Assembly (NCBI GenBank): GCA_040880995.1
Contig: JBBEEB010000104.1
Location: forward strand, 128-64,127
Length of the DNA: 64,000 nt
DNA from: Halofilum sp. (in: g-proteobacteria)
GTDB taxonomy: Bacteria; Pseudomonadota; Gammaproteobacteria; XJ16; Halofilaceae
Direction of reading: 5' to 3'
In this document: piece after piece, positions 39,136-47,401 of the stretch
How the letters are laid out: each line of letters opens with the position of its first letter
How positions within the stretch are numbered: the first letter of the stretch is position 1
The notes under the pieces: generated by a model
Told to the model about the DNA's origin: nothing
Seen by the model: the letters and a program-made list of their open reading frames with translations, nothing else
Databases searched by the model: none
Position numbers and translations under genes: made by a program

Positions 39136-41364
39136 CTATATGGGTTTTTCTCCGCGGATGGCCGCGAGTAGGCTTTCGGAGGCTTCTGCCTTATTGACGT
39201 ATGCCACGGCCCCCGCCTTTTCCATCGCCTCCGCCAGATCGGCCGACTCATGCACTGAAAGCCCCACCACGCGAATTCCGGGATGCTCGGTGGTAATCGC
39301 GCGCGCGGCTTCGATACCGCTCATCCCGGGCATGGTCACGTCCAGCACGACGACATCGGGTCGAACGCGACGGACGACCTCCACGGCTTCCTGACCATTA
39401 GCGGCCTCGCCGAGCACCGTTATATCCGGCTCTCCCGCGAGCGCGTTGACCAGCCCCTTGCGCACGATCGCGTGATCGTCGGCCAGCACTACCGTTCTCG
39501 TCGTTGTTCGAGCCGGCGGTTCGTCCGTGTAGTGGCGCGAATCGTCGTCCACAACGCCGATACCCTTGTCACTTGTATGCGCGAGGGCTTCCTTGCCGTG
39601 ACCACTATCGTCCGGAACCCTCAGTGCTACACGGGTACCCTTACCGGGTACCGAATCGATGGTCATCTCGCCGCCAAGCCACGCCATGCGCTCGCGCATG
39701 TTGAACAGCCCGAAGCGATCCTGCGCGTTCGATAGGGCGCTCTTCGCATCAAAGCCCCGGCCGACGTCGGCCACGGCCGCTTCGATGATCCCGTCGACCC
39801 GGCGAAGGGACACCTCGGCGCCGTCGGTCCCGGCGTGCTTGACCACGTTAAAGAGCAGTTCCCGTACAGACTGGAACAGCAGCGCGCGCAGATCTTCGCC
39901 GCCAGGCTCGGCTAGGGACGACGCGGATACCTCCACTCGGAGACCCTGCTGCGCTTCCATCCAGCGTCCAAGGGCGCCGAGGGCCGCGGTAAGGCCCGCA
40001 TCGTAGAGCACGGGTGGGATGAGTCCCGCGGTGAGCGACCGCGACTCCTCAATGGCTTGAACCAGCAAGTCATCGACCCTGCTGATTCCTTGTGCGGCCT
40101 GCTCGTCCGTCACCCCGTTCGCCAACGAGCTGAGCTGAATCCGACCGGCGACGAGTAGCTGCTGGAGGCTATCGTGCAGGATATCGCCGATGCGGCGGCG
40201 TTCGCGTTGCTCCGCCTGGGTGAGTTCGGCGGCCAGTGCACGCAGCTGCGCGGCGCGCTCTTCGAGCTCCGCCGTACGTTCAGCGACGCGTTCCTCGAGC
40301 GAGGCGTTGATCTCCTTCAGTCGCTGTTCACTCTCACGCAGGGCTTGCTCGACGCGTTTGCGATCCGTGAGATCGACACCTTGGACGTAGATCCCGGTTA
40401 CCGTGCCTTCGACGCTCCGGACGGGCTGATAGACGAAATCAATCCAGCGAGTCTCGTAGGCCTCTGTCTTCGGCTGATCGGCCGGAGGCGCCAGGACTAT
40501 CGATACATCGCGGCCAACGAACGTTTCTCCCGTATGGAATACATGATCGAGAAGCTCGAGGAACCCCTGACCCTCGATCTCGGGCAATGCCTCCGCCATG
40601 GGTTTGCCGACTAAGCACCGGTGGCCGACAAGCGCCATGAAGTGATCGTTCGCCCGCTCAAAGACGTGCTCGGATCCACTCAGGACACACATGAACGAGG
40701 GAGCGTTACGAAAGATCTCGGCGAGCTGGGTTCGCTCGGCCTGGGCCTCCCGCAGTCGATGCTCACTCTCGGCCCGCGCCTTCTGGGCGGCCTCATAGAG
40801 TCGGGCATTTTCCACCGAGATCGCGGCGATTTCGGCCAGCTGTGCCAGCACATTCTCGTCGTGCTCGGTGAAATCCGCGCCGTCGTGTTTGTCGGAGAGT
40901 TGGACCAATCCGATGTTCTCGCCGCGGCGCCCGACGAAGGGCGCTGCCAGCCAGCCACGCATTGGGGGGTGATGTTCCACCTCGGAGCCAAACCGCCGCC
41001 ATCTGGGGTGCGCCTCCAGCTCCGCCTGCGTTAGGCGCATCGGGCGGTTGGTTTCGCACACGAGCGAATAGATGCCCGAGCCGTCGGGGGGCGTGGCGTA
41101 ATCCCGCCACGCGGCGTAAGTCTCGGATAACGACACCGCACTGTTTCGTTGAGCCCAGTTGTGGCCGATGGTGAGGCTGGCCACGGATTGGTGTGCCCCA
41201 ACCAGACTGCGGGCTTCCTCGGCGATTGCCTCGAGCGTCGGCCCGACGCCACGGGTGGAGTTGATCCGTCGAGCAGCCTTGCTCAGCTGTTCGAGCGTGA
41301 TGCTCGTAGCCGTATCTCGGCCGCTACAGGATCCTCGCGGGCCGTCATTCGCGGTAGGGGGCAT
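39136..41364 (-). CDS. Hybrid sensor kinase K5: GAF-PAS-HisKA_3-HATPase-REC
   Basis: RRRIGDILHDSLQQ, ELLFNVVKHA, FGLFNMRER and LADDH...LDVTMPGMSG...NK. Probable start at MPPTAND. Confidence 0.9.
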   Translation of the reverse strand: MPPTANDGPRGSCSGRDTATSITLEQLSKAARRINSTRGVGPTLEAIAEEARSLVGAHQSVASLTIGHNWAQRNSAVSLSETYAAWRDYATPPDGSGIYSLVCETNRPMRLTQAELEAHPRWRRFGSEVEHHPPMRGWLAAPFVGRRGENIGLVQLSDKHDGADFTEHDENVLAQLAEIAAISVENARLYEAAQKARAESEHRLREAQAERTQLAEIFRNAPSFMCVLSGSEHVFERANDHFMALVGHRCLVGKPMAEALPEIEGQGFLELLDHVFHTGETFVGRDVSIVLAPPADQPKTEAYETRWIDFVYQPVRSVEGTVTGIYVQGVDLTDRKRVEQALRESEQRLKEINASLEERVAERTAELEERAAQLRALAAELTQAEQRERRRIGDILHDSLQQLLVAGRIQLSSLANGVTDEQAAQGISRVDDLLVQAIEESRSLTAGLIPPVLYDAGLTAALGALGRWMEAQQGLRVEVSASSLAEPGGEDLRALLFQSVRELLFNVVKHAGTDGAEVSLRRVDGIIEAAVADVGRGFDAKSALSNAQDRFGLFNMRERMAWLGGEMTIDSVPGKGTRVALRVPDDSGHGKEALAHTSDKGIGVVDDDSRHYTDEPPARTTTRTVVLADDHAIVRKGLVNALAGEPDITVLGEAANGQEAVEVVRRVRPDVVVLDVTMPGMSGIEAARAITTEHPGIRVVGLSVHESADLAEAMEKAGAVAYVNKAEASESLLAAIRGEKPI

Positions 41365-41580
41365 GAGAACGCCTCCAAAGGAACAGCGCCAGAGCATTCT
41401 ACGGCGTGCGGCTTGCTGCGGGTATCCGCGATTTCGGGCAACACCCGGGCGAACCCATCTGCAACGGGACACTAGCCCCGGGTTTGATTCAGACTCGGAC
41501 TAATCCCGTAACACGGCCTGTTGCGGAACTGGCGTAGCTGACGGGTACGCACCTTCTACGAAGGCATCCCCGCGCCCACG

Positions 41581-43662
41581 CTACTCGACCAGGAAAGGTG
41601 TCATATCCCCCGTATACGTCAGCACGAGCCGGTGCATGGCGCGGGTACAGGCCACATACAAGAGATTCCGGTCCATTTGCGAGCAGTAGTTCTTCGCGCT
41701 GACTTCGGGCACGAGAACCTGGTCGAATTCCAATCCCTTGGCCATGTGCGCGGTACATACGACCACACCCTGACTGAATGAGCTGCTCCCCTCGGTGAGA
41801 AGGAGCAAAGGGAAATCTGCAGCCTCCAGGGCGTCATACGCCCGACGAGCCTGCTTCTGCGTTTTGCAGACGATCCCAAGCGTGTTGAGACCTGACCGAC
41901 CGAACGCCGCGAGTTCATCGCGGGTGGCCTCGATCTCCTTGGCTCGAGAGCCGTACCCAATCACGCGGGGCTCCTCGCCGTGTCGTTCGATCGCCTCGAG
42001 GTCGGGGTTGGGACAGATGCGCTGAGCAAACTGCGTGATCTCGTAACTGGAGCGATAGCTCTTGTTCAGCGTGACGCAAGTAGACTGGCGTAACACATGC
42101 CGGATCTGCTCCGCCGTGGAGGCGTTGTACGGATTCACGGCCTGATTGGCATCGCCGAGGATCGTCTTCTTGCAGCTGAAGAGCTTCGCCAGCACGGCGT
42201 ATTGAACCGGCGTGTAGTCCTGCATCTCATCGATCAGTAGGTGCTTTACTCGTCTGTAAGGCGAGCGCACACCCTCCAGCTTCATCTTGAGGTAGATCAA
42301 CGGAAATACGTCGGCGTACTCCAGACGGCTGTTCTTCGCCGTCTTGAACAGCTCCGGCGTGCCCAGCCATTCGTAGAAGCGTTTGTAGGTCTCGCGCAGC
42401 GTCGACCGGCGCACCATTTTCTCGATCTTCGCCTTGAGCTCCCGCCGATCCTCCGGCATGAGGTCGTAGTTGTACTCGATACCGACTTTCTGCTCGACCT
42501 CGCGCGCCACCTGGCGAACGCGCTCGGACATCGGCATGGACCGGTGCTTGCGGAAGATCTCGTCGAGCAGCCAGCCAGGGACCATGCGCCGGGCGATCCA
42601 GACATCTTCGGACTCGAACTGCGTGCGCTCGACGTGTTCGGCGTAGCGATCGAGTTGCCGGAGAAACTCCGGGGAGGCCTTGTACTCGAGGCGCTGCTTC
42701 ATCGCCTCGTCGCCCTTGTCCAATAGTTCAGCGGTCTGCTCGAAGAAGGTCTGGAAGCGGTATTGCCCTTCGAGCAGTTCGTCGGCGACGGCCTCCATGA
42801 CCGTCTCGTTGACCTGCTCCTCGCCGAGCTCCGGAAGAACGTTCGAGATATAGTCGGCAAACACCCGGTTCGGCGAGATGATCAGAATGTCTTCCGAGGA
42901 AAGCGTGTCCTTGAATCGGTAAAGCAGGAAAGCGATGCGGTGCAGCGCGATCGAGGTCTTACCCGAGCCCGCAACACCCTGGATGATCAGCTCGTGCGCT
43001 TCTTCATCCCGCACGATCGTATTCTGATGGCGCTGAATAGTCGCGACGATGTTCTTCATGCCCTCGTCGGACGAGCGGCTGAGCTCTTCCTGGAGCACGT
43101 CGTCGACGACGTTGACCTCACTGTCGATCATCAGGGCCATCTCGCCGCCCTGAATCCGGAACTGGCGCTTCAGCGCGATCTCGCAGTCGACCTCACCCTC
43201 GGGAGTGGAGTAGCGAGCAGGCCCCGTCTCGTAGTCATAGAAAAGGGTCGCGATCGGCGCGCGCCAGTCGTAGACGACATTCTCGCGCGCCGCGTCGTCG
43301 AAGAAGTGGTGAATCCCGATGTAGATGGGCTCAGCGTCCCTCGCGGGGGTACGGACCACGTCGAAACGGCCGAAGTACGGTGAGCGCTCCAGCTTCTGCA
43401 GCCGCATCTTCTTGTCGAACAGAAAATTGCCGCTGCGCACGGACTGATCGATGGACTCCCGCGACGCGATCTTCTCGACGTGATCCATCTCGTCACGGTT
43501 CTCGGACAGGTACGTCTTCTGCTCTTCGATGTCTTGGGCGTAGTCATCGATCCGGACTTCCGTTGCCTCCACAGCGCGACGCAATCGCGCCTGCACGTCT
43601 GCAAGCCGGGCGCGCTCTTCGTCTTCGGCGCTCCCTGCGCTCGGTCGGGGATCAGCACTCAT
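41581..43662 (-). CDS. HelD-like SF1 helicase/ATPase (RNA polymerase recycling factor family)
   Basis: SPYFGRFD, DWRAPIA.LFY, IVATIQ..QN, QGVAGSGKTSIALHRIAFLLY, DEMQD, LGDANQ, SYRSS and KGLEFD. Confidence 0.85.
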   Translation of the reverse strand: MSADPRPSAGSAEDEERARLADVQARLRRAVEATEVRIDDYAQDIEEQKTYLSENRDEMDHVEKIASRESIDQSVRSGNFLFDKKMRLQKLERSPYFGRFDVVRTPARDAEPIYIGIHHFFDDAARENVVYDWRAPIATLFYDYETGPARYSTPEGEVDCEIALKRQFRIQGGEMALMIDSEVNVVDDVLQEELSRSSDEGMKNIVATIQRHQNTIVRDEEAHELIIQGVAGSGKTSIALHRIAFLLYRFKDTLSSEDILIISPNRVFADYISNVLPELGEEQVNETVMEAVADELLEGQYRFQTFFEQTAELLDKGDEAMKQRLEYKASPEFLRQLDRYAEHVERTQFESEDVWIARRMVPGWLLDEIFRKHRSMPMSERVRQVAREVEQKVGIEYNYDLMPEDRRELKAKIEKMVRRSTLRETYKRFYEWLGTPELFKTAKNSRLEYADVFPLIYLKMKLEGVRSPYRRVKHLLIDEMQDYTPVQYAVLAKLFSCKKTILGDANQAVNPYNASTAEQIRHVLRQSTCVTLNKSYRSSYEITQFAQRICPNPDLEAIERHGEEPRVIGYGSRAKEIEATRDELAAFGRSGLNTLGIVCKTQKQARRAYDALEAADFPLLLLTEGSSSFSQGVVVCTAHMAKGLEFDQVLVPEVSAKNYCSQMDRNLLYVACTRAMHRLVLTYTGDMTPFLVE

Positions 43663-43920
43663 GGACTCTCCAGCGAACGACTCGCCATGCCGGACGGGAT
43701 CACGCCCGTGGGGCCGGACGACTCGAGCTCGGTGTTCGGGCAACCAGCGAGCACGAGGCGATGGCTGCTGGCGCGAGGACGGTGGCGAGACGGCTCGATC
43801 GGAGGCGGCGGCGGGATGCTGCGCACGCCCGTCCGGCGCCAGCGCGAGGGCCGGAAAATACCAGCCGCGGGTCAAGGGGTGAAGTCCCTCGTGGCGGGCC
43901 TGCAGCGCCGACCGCCTCCG

Positions 43921-44367
43921 CTACGGCGGCCCCGTGTCCACCGTATGCCGGCCTCCGTCAGCACAATCGCCGAGGAACTCGTGGACGAGGAACGTGACCA
44001 CCGATGCCTCGAAGTCGGGCTGCACGCGATACGAGTAGCTCCCGTAGCCGGGCATCTCGACCTGCAGGTACCACTCGGCCTCTTCCGCCCGATCTTGCTG
44101 GGCGTCCCACAAATCTTCCACGACGGCGGGCATTTCGACGGACCGGAGGGACTCCGGTGACTGCGCCCATGCGTGGGCCTGGCGGTGCATCCCCTCCTGC
44201 TTTCGCGCTGTTCGGAGACTCGGTGCCGTATCCAGCATGAGCCATAGGCGAGGCGCTTCGGTGGTGTTCAGACGGAGGTTGGAGACCGCAATCAGCTGGG
44301 CAGGATCGGACTCCGCCCCGAAATGCACGTCGACGTGCAGCTTGACCTTGCGAACGAGTTTTTCCAT
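43921..44367 (-). CDS. Hypothetical protein (148 aa, MEKLVRKVKLHVDV...)
   Basis: AGAGGA precedes ATG 44367. The rest of the long ORF-track call shadows the transglycosylase gene. Confidence 0.5.
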   Translation of the reverse strand: MEKLVRKVKLHVDVHFGAESDPAQLIAVSNLRLNTTEAPRLWLMLDTAPSLRTARKQEGMHRQAHAWAQSPESLRSVEMPAVVEDLWDAQQDRAEEAEWYLQVEMPGYGSYSYRVQPDFEASVVTFLVHEFLGDCADGGRHTVDTGPP

Positions 44368-44791
44368 TCCCGGATCCTCTTCGAGCCGTTGCACTCGGTA
44401 GGCCGGGCTGCCCAAGACACGGGCGCCTTGAGATGCACGGAGCGAACTGGGGAGGCTATCGAAAGCAGCGCGCGTCTGTGAAGACGCTCCGGTCGGTGAA
44501 GCGACACGATTGCTTTGAGTACGTAGGACCTCGCGCAGCCGCGGTAGTGCTGGCATTACTCGCGCTACTGGCCGCTGGACGTCCGTGGATCCATGCAACG
44601 GGTCATTTCGGACGCCCGCCAGAAAAGCGGGCACGTCGAGCGATCGAGGTGATCTGTCCGGGGATTCTCCGGCTCGCGGGCGGCCGGATTTGGCGATCAC
44701 GCCCGAAATTGGGGACACCGCTGGGGCTGGCAGGCGCGCCATCCGGCTGTATGCTGCCGGAAGTCCCCAAGCGCTGCGCGCACCGGAGCAC

Positions 44792-45991
44792 ATGACCGTG
44801 AGATACCCCCTGCGATGGGCGCTGTGCCTCGCTCTTGCCGGTCCGAGCGGCGCACAGGCCCTGACCGACGAAGGCTTCGCCTCCTGCCTCGCCGACCTGC
44901 GGGAGCGCGCGACCGACCATGGCGTGTCCGCCGATGCGCTGGCGGCGGTGGAGCCGATCGAGCAGGTGCTCGAGCTCGACCGGGACCAGCCGGAGTTCAC
45001 CACCACCCTCGCCGACTACCTCGGGCGCCGCGTTACGGACGCCCGCGTGGAGCAAGGCCGCGCGCTGATCGAGGAGCACAAGACACTGCTCGACGCACTC
45101 TATCGCGAATACGGCGTGCCACCGCGCTATCTGGTCGCCTTCTGGGGCTTGGAGACCGACTTCGGCTCCTACACCGGGCGCACGCCCATCCTTGACGCGG
45201 TCGCCACGCTGGCTTGCGACCAGCGCCGCAGCGACTACTACGCCGAGCAAGTACTAGCGGCACTGCGCATCCTCGATGAAGGTCCGCTCGAGCCCGACGA
45301 TCTCAAGGGATCGTGGGCCGGCGCGATGGGCCACGTGCAGTTCATGCCCGAGGTGTTCGTACGCTACGCGGTCGACCACGATGGCGATGGGCAGCGGGAC
45401 CTGTGGGGCAGCGTGCCGGATTCGTTGGCTTCGGCCGCCAACTTCCTGCGAGCGGTGGGCTGGGAGAGTGGCTGGCGCTGGGGCCGGGAAGTGTTGCTGC
45501 CGCCGGACTTCCCCTACGAACTCGCCGGCTACGAGCCGCGGCCGCTGACCGAATGGAAGCGCCACGGCGTGCGCACCGCCTATGGGCATGAGCTCTCGGA
45601 CGCCGACGTCGACACCTCATTGCTCGTGCTCGCCGGGCACGAGGGTCCCGCGTTCCTGGTCTACGACAACTTCCATACCATCTTGCGCTGGAACCGCTCG
45701 GAGTTCTACGCGGTAGCCGTGGGGCACCTGGCCGACCGACTCGCCGGCCGTGCGGGCCTCGCCAATCCGCCCCCGGAAGACGCCCCTCCGCTGCGGCGCG
45801 ACCAGGTCATGGCACTGCAGGAGCGGCTGGCCGAGCGTGGGTTCGAGCCCGGCCCGGCCGACGGCGTCAGCGGTCCACAGACGCGCCAAGCGATCCGGCG
45901 TTTCCAGAAGAGCCAGGACATGATCGCCGATGGTTTCGCCTCGCGTGAAGTGCTGTCGAGGCTGTCCCTGCAGGTCGCCGAGCCCGAGTAG
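44792..45991 (+). CDS. Lytic murein transglycosylase (MltB/SltB2-like) with C-terminal PG-binding domain
   Basis: Signal peptide, VAFWGLETDFG, GSWAGAMG..QFMP, WN.SEFYA and G.ADG..GP.TR.AIR.FQ. Confidence 0.92.
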   Translation: MTVRYPLRWALCLALAGPSGAQALTDEGFASCLADLRERATDHGVSADALAAVEPIEQVLELDRDQPEFTTTLADYLGRRVTDARVEQGRALIEEHKTLLDALYREYGVPPRYLVAFWGLETDFGSYTGRTPILDAVATLACDQRRSDYYAEQVLAALRILDEGPLEPDDLKGSWAGAMGHVQFMPEVFVRYAVDHDGDGQRDLWGSVPDSLASAANFLRAVGWESGWRWGREVLLPPDFPYELAGYEPRPLTEWKRHGVRTAYGHELSDADVDTSLLVLAGHEGPAFLVYDNFHTILRWNRSEFYAVAVGHLADRLAGRAGLANPPPEDAPPLRRDQVMALQERLAERGFEPGPADGVSGPQTRQAIRRFQKSQDMIADGFASREVLSRLSLQVAEPE

Positions 45992-46147
45992 CATCTGGAG
46001 CACAGGCTGGCGCACGGCGCCCTCGCGCGCCTTGACGTGCCAGTGAACGACCCACCGCTACAGCCATGCCCCGTCAGCGGGCATGCCCCGACCCGTTGTG
46101 ACTGGGCGAGTTGAAGGCAATTGTCTTGCGCGCGTTTTAGTTAGAAA

Positions 46148-46175
46148 CATAACCCTGCCAAACGGCAAAGTTATG
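46148..46175 (-). terminator. Terminator-like hairpin downstream of tRNA-Phe
   Basis: Minus strand CATAACTTTGCC-GTTT-GGCAGGGTTATG followed by TTTCT. Confidence 0.55.
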
Positions 46176-46209
46176 CTTGGAACGTCACGTCACAGGAAGG
46201 AGGGGGAAA

Positions 46210-46285
46210 TGGTGGCCAGGGACAGAATCGAACTGCCGACACCGCGATTTTCAGTCGCGTGCTCTACCGACTGAGCTACCTGGCC
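46210..46285 (-). tRNA. tRNA-Phe (GAA)
   Basis: 76-nt cloverleaf GGCCAGGTAGCTCAGTCGGTAGAGCACGCGACTGAAAATCGCGGTGTCGGCAGTTCGATTCTGTCCCTGGCCACCA, with encoded CCA. Confidence 0.97.
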
Positions 46286-46348
46286 AGACGTACAACCCGA
46301 TGGGCACCGGGCTAGGAGCGCGTATTACACCGTTCGCGGGCGGTAACG

Positions 46349-47401
46349 TCAACCGAGCGTGGAGCGGACCAGTCGGTCGGCGAGCCGGCGGATGGGGGCC
46401 GGCAGTCCCCCGGGCGCCATATCGGCGGCATACCAGCCGTGCGCATCGGCCTCGGCGATCGCTGCGGGCGGCTCCATGAACACGCGCCGGGGGTGAATGC
46501 GCAGGCGGAAATGCGTAAACGCGTGCTCGACCGCCGCGAGCGCCTCGGCGGGCACATCGCCCAACCGGGCCGCCAGCCATTGCTGCAGCCGTTCCTCGTC
46601 GTCGAACTCGGGCAGCGACCAGAGCCCACCCCAGATTCCGGTCGGGGGGCGGCGCTCCAGCAGGATCGCTCTGTCCGATGGGCGCTGCAGCACCAGCGCT
46701 ACGGTCTCGCGCTGGGGCACGGCGCGCCGGGGTTTCGGTGCCGGGATGGCGTCCGTTACCTCGTCACGGTAGGCACGACAATCGCTGCGGACGGGACAGG
46801 CTTCGCAGCGCGGCCGACGCAGGCAGACGGTAGCACCCAGGTCCATCATCGCCTGGTTGTACTCGGCCACCCGGGCGCGCGGCGTGCGCACCTCGGCCTC
46901 CGTCCACAGCCGCTTCTGCGCCTGGGTGCCGCCGGGCCACTCGGTGAGCCCGATGTGGCGCGCCAGCACGCGCTTGACGTTGCCATCGAGGATCGCCTGG
47001 CGCTGGCCGCCAGCCAGGCTGAGGATCGCCCCGGCCGTGGAGCGCCCGATGCCCGGTAGCGCGATCAGCGCGTCGTAATCGGCCGGTACCGACCCACCGT
47101 GTTCGTCCGCCATGCGCTGAGCGGCGCGATGCAGGTTGCGGGCTCGCGCGTAGTAGCCCAGCCCGGCCCAATGTTCGAGGACTTCGCCCACGTCCGCGGC
47201 CGCCAACGTGGCTACATCGGGGAAGCGCTCCATGAATCGCTCGAAGTACGGACGCACGGTCTCCACCCGTGTCTGCTGCAGCATGATCTCGGAGATCCAC
47301 ACCCGATAGGGGCTGGCCGGCCGCTGCCACGGCAGGTCGTGGCGCCCATGGCGCTCGTACCAGGCGAGCACGCGTTCGGCGACGTCGCGTCCGTCACTCA
47401 C
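46349..47401 (-). CDS. mutY: A/G-specific adenine glycosylase
   Basis: WISEIMLQQT, GLGYYARARNL, LPGIGRSTAGAI, DGNVKRV, Fe-S Cys cluster and HAFTHF. Confidence 0.96.
   Translation of the reverse strand: MSDGRDVAERVLAWYERHGRHDLPWQRPASPYRVWISEIMLQQTRVETVRPYFERFMERFPDVATLAAADVGEVLEHWAGLGYYARARNLHRAAQRMADEHGGSVPADYDALIALPGIGRSTAGAILSLAGGQRQAILDGNVKRVLARHIGLTEWPGGTQAQKRLWTEAEVRTPRARVAEYNQAMMDLGATVCLRRPRCEACPVRSDCRAYRDEVTDAIPAPKPRRAVPQRETVALVLQRPSDRAILLERRPPTGIWGGLWSLPEFDDEERLQQWLAARLGDVPAEALAAVEHAFTHFRLRIHPRRVFMEPPAAIAEADAHGWYAADMAPGGLPAPIRRLADRLVRSTLG

Noticed and set aside
43663-43920. Rifamycin-associated element (RAE) upstream of the HelD-like gene
   Set aside because: No GGGGCTTGCGGCAAGGCCC-like palindrome seen.
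43921-45006. 361-aa ORF-track call
   Set aside because: The N-terminal part is antisense to the transglycosylase gene; only the RBS-preceded last 148 codons were kept.
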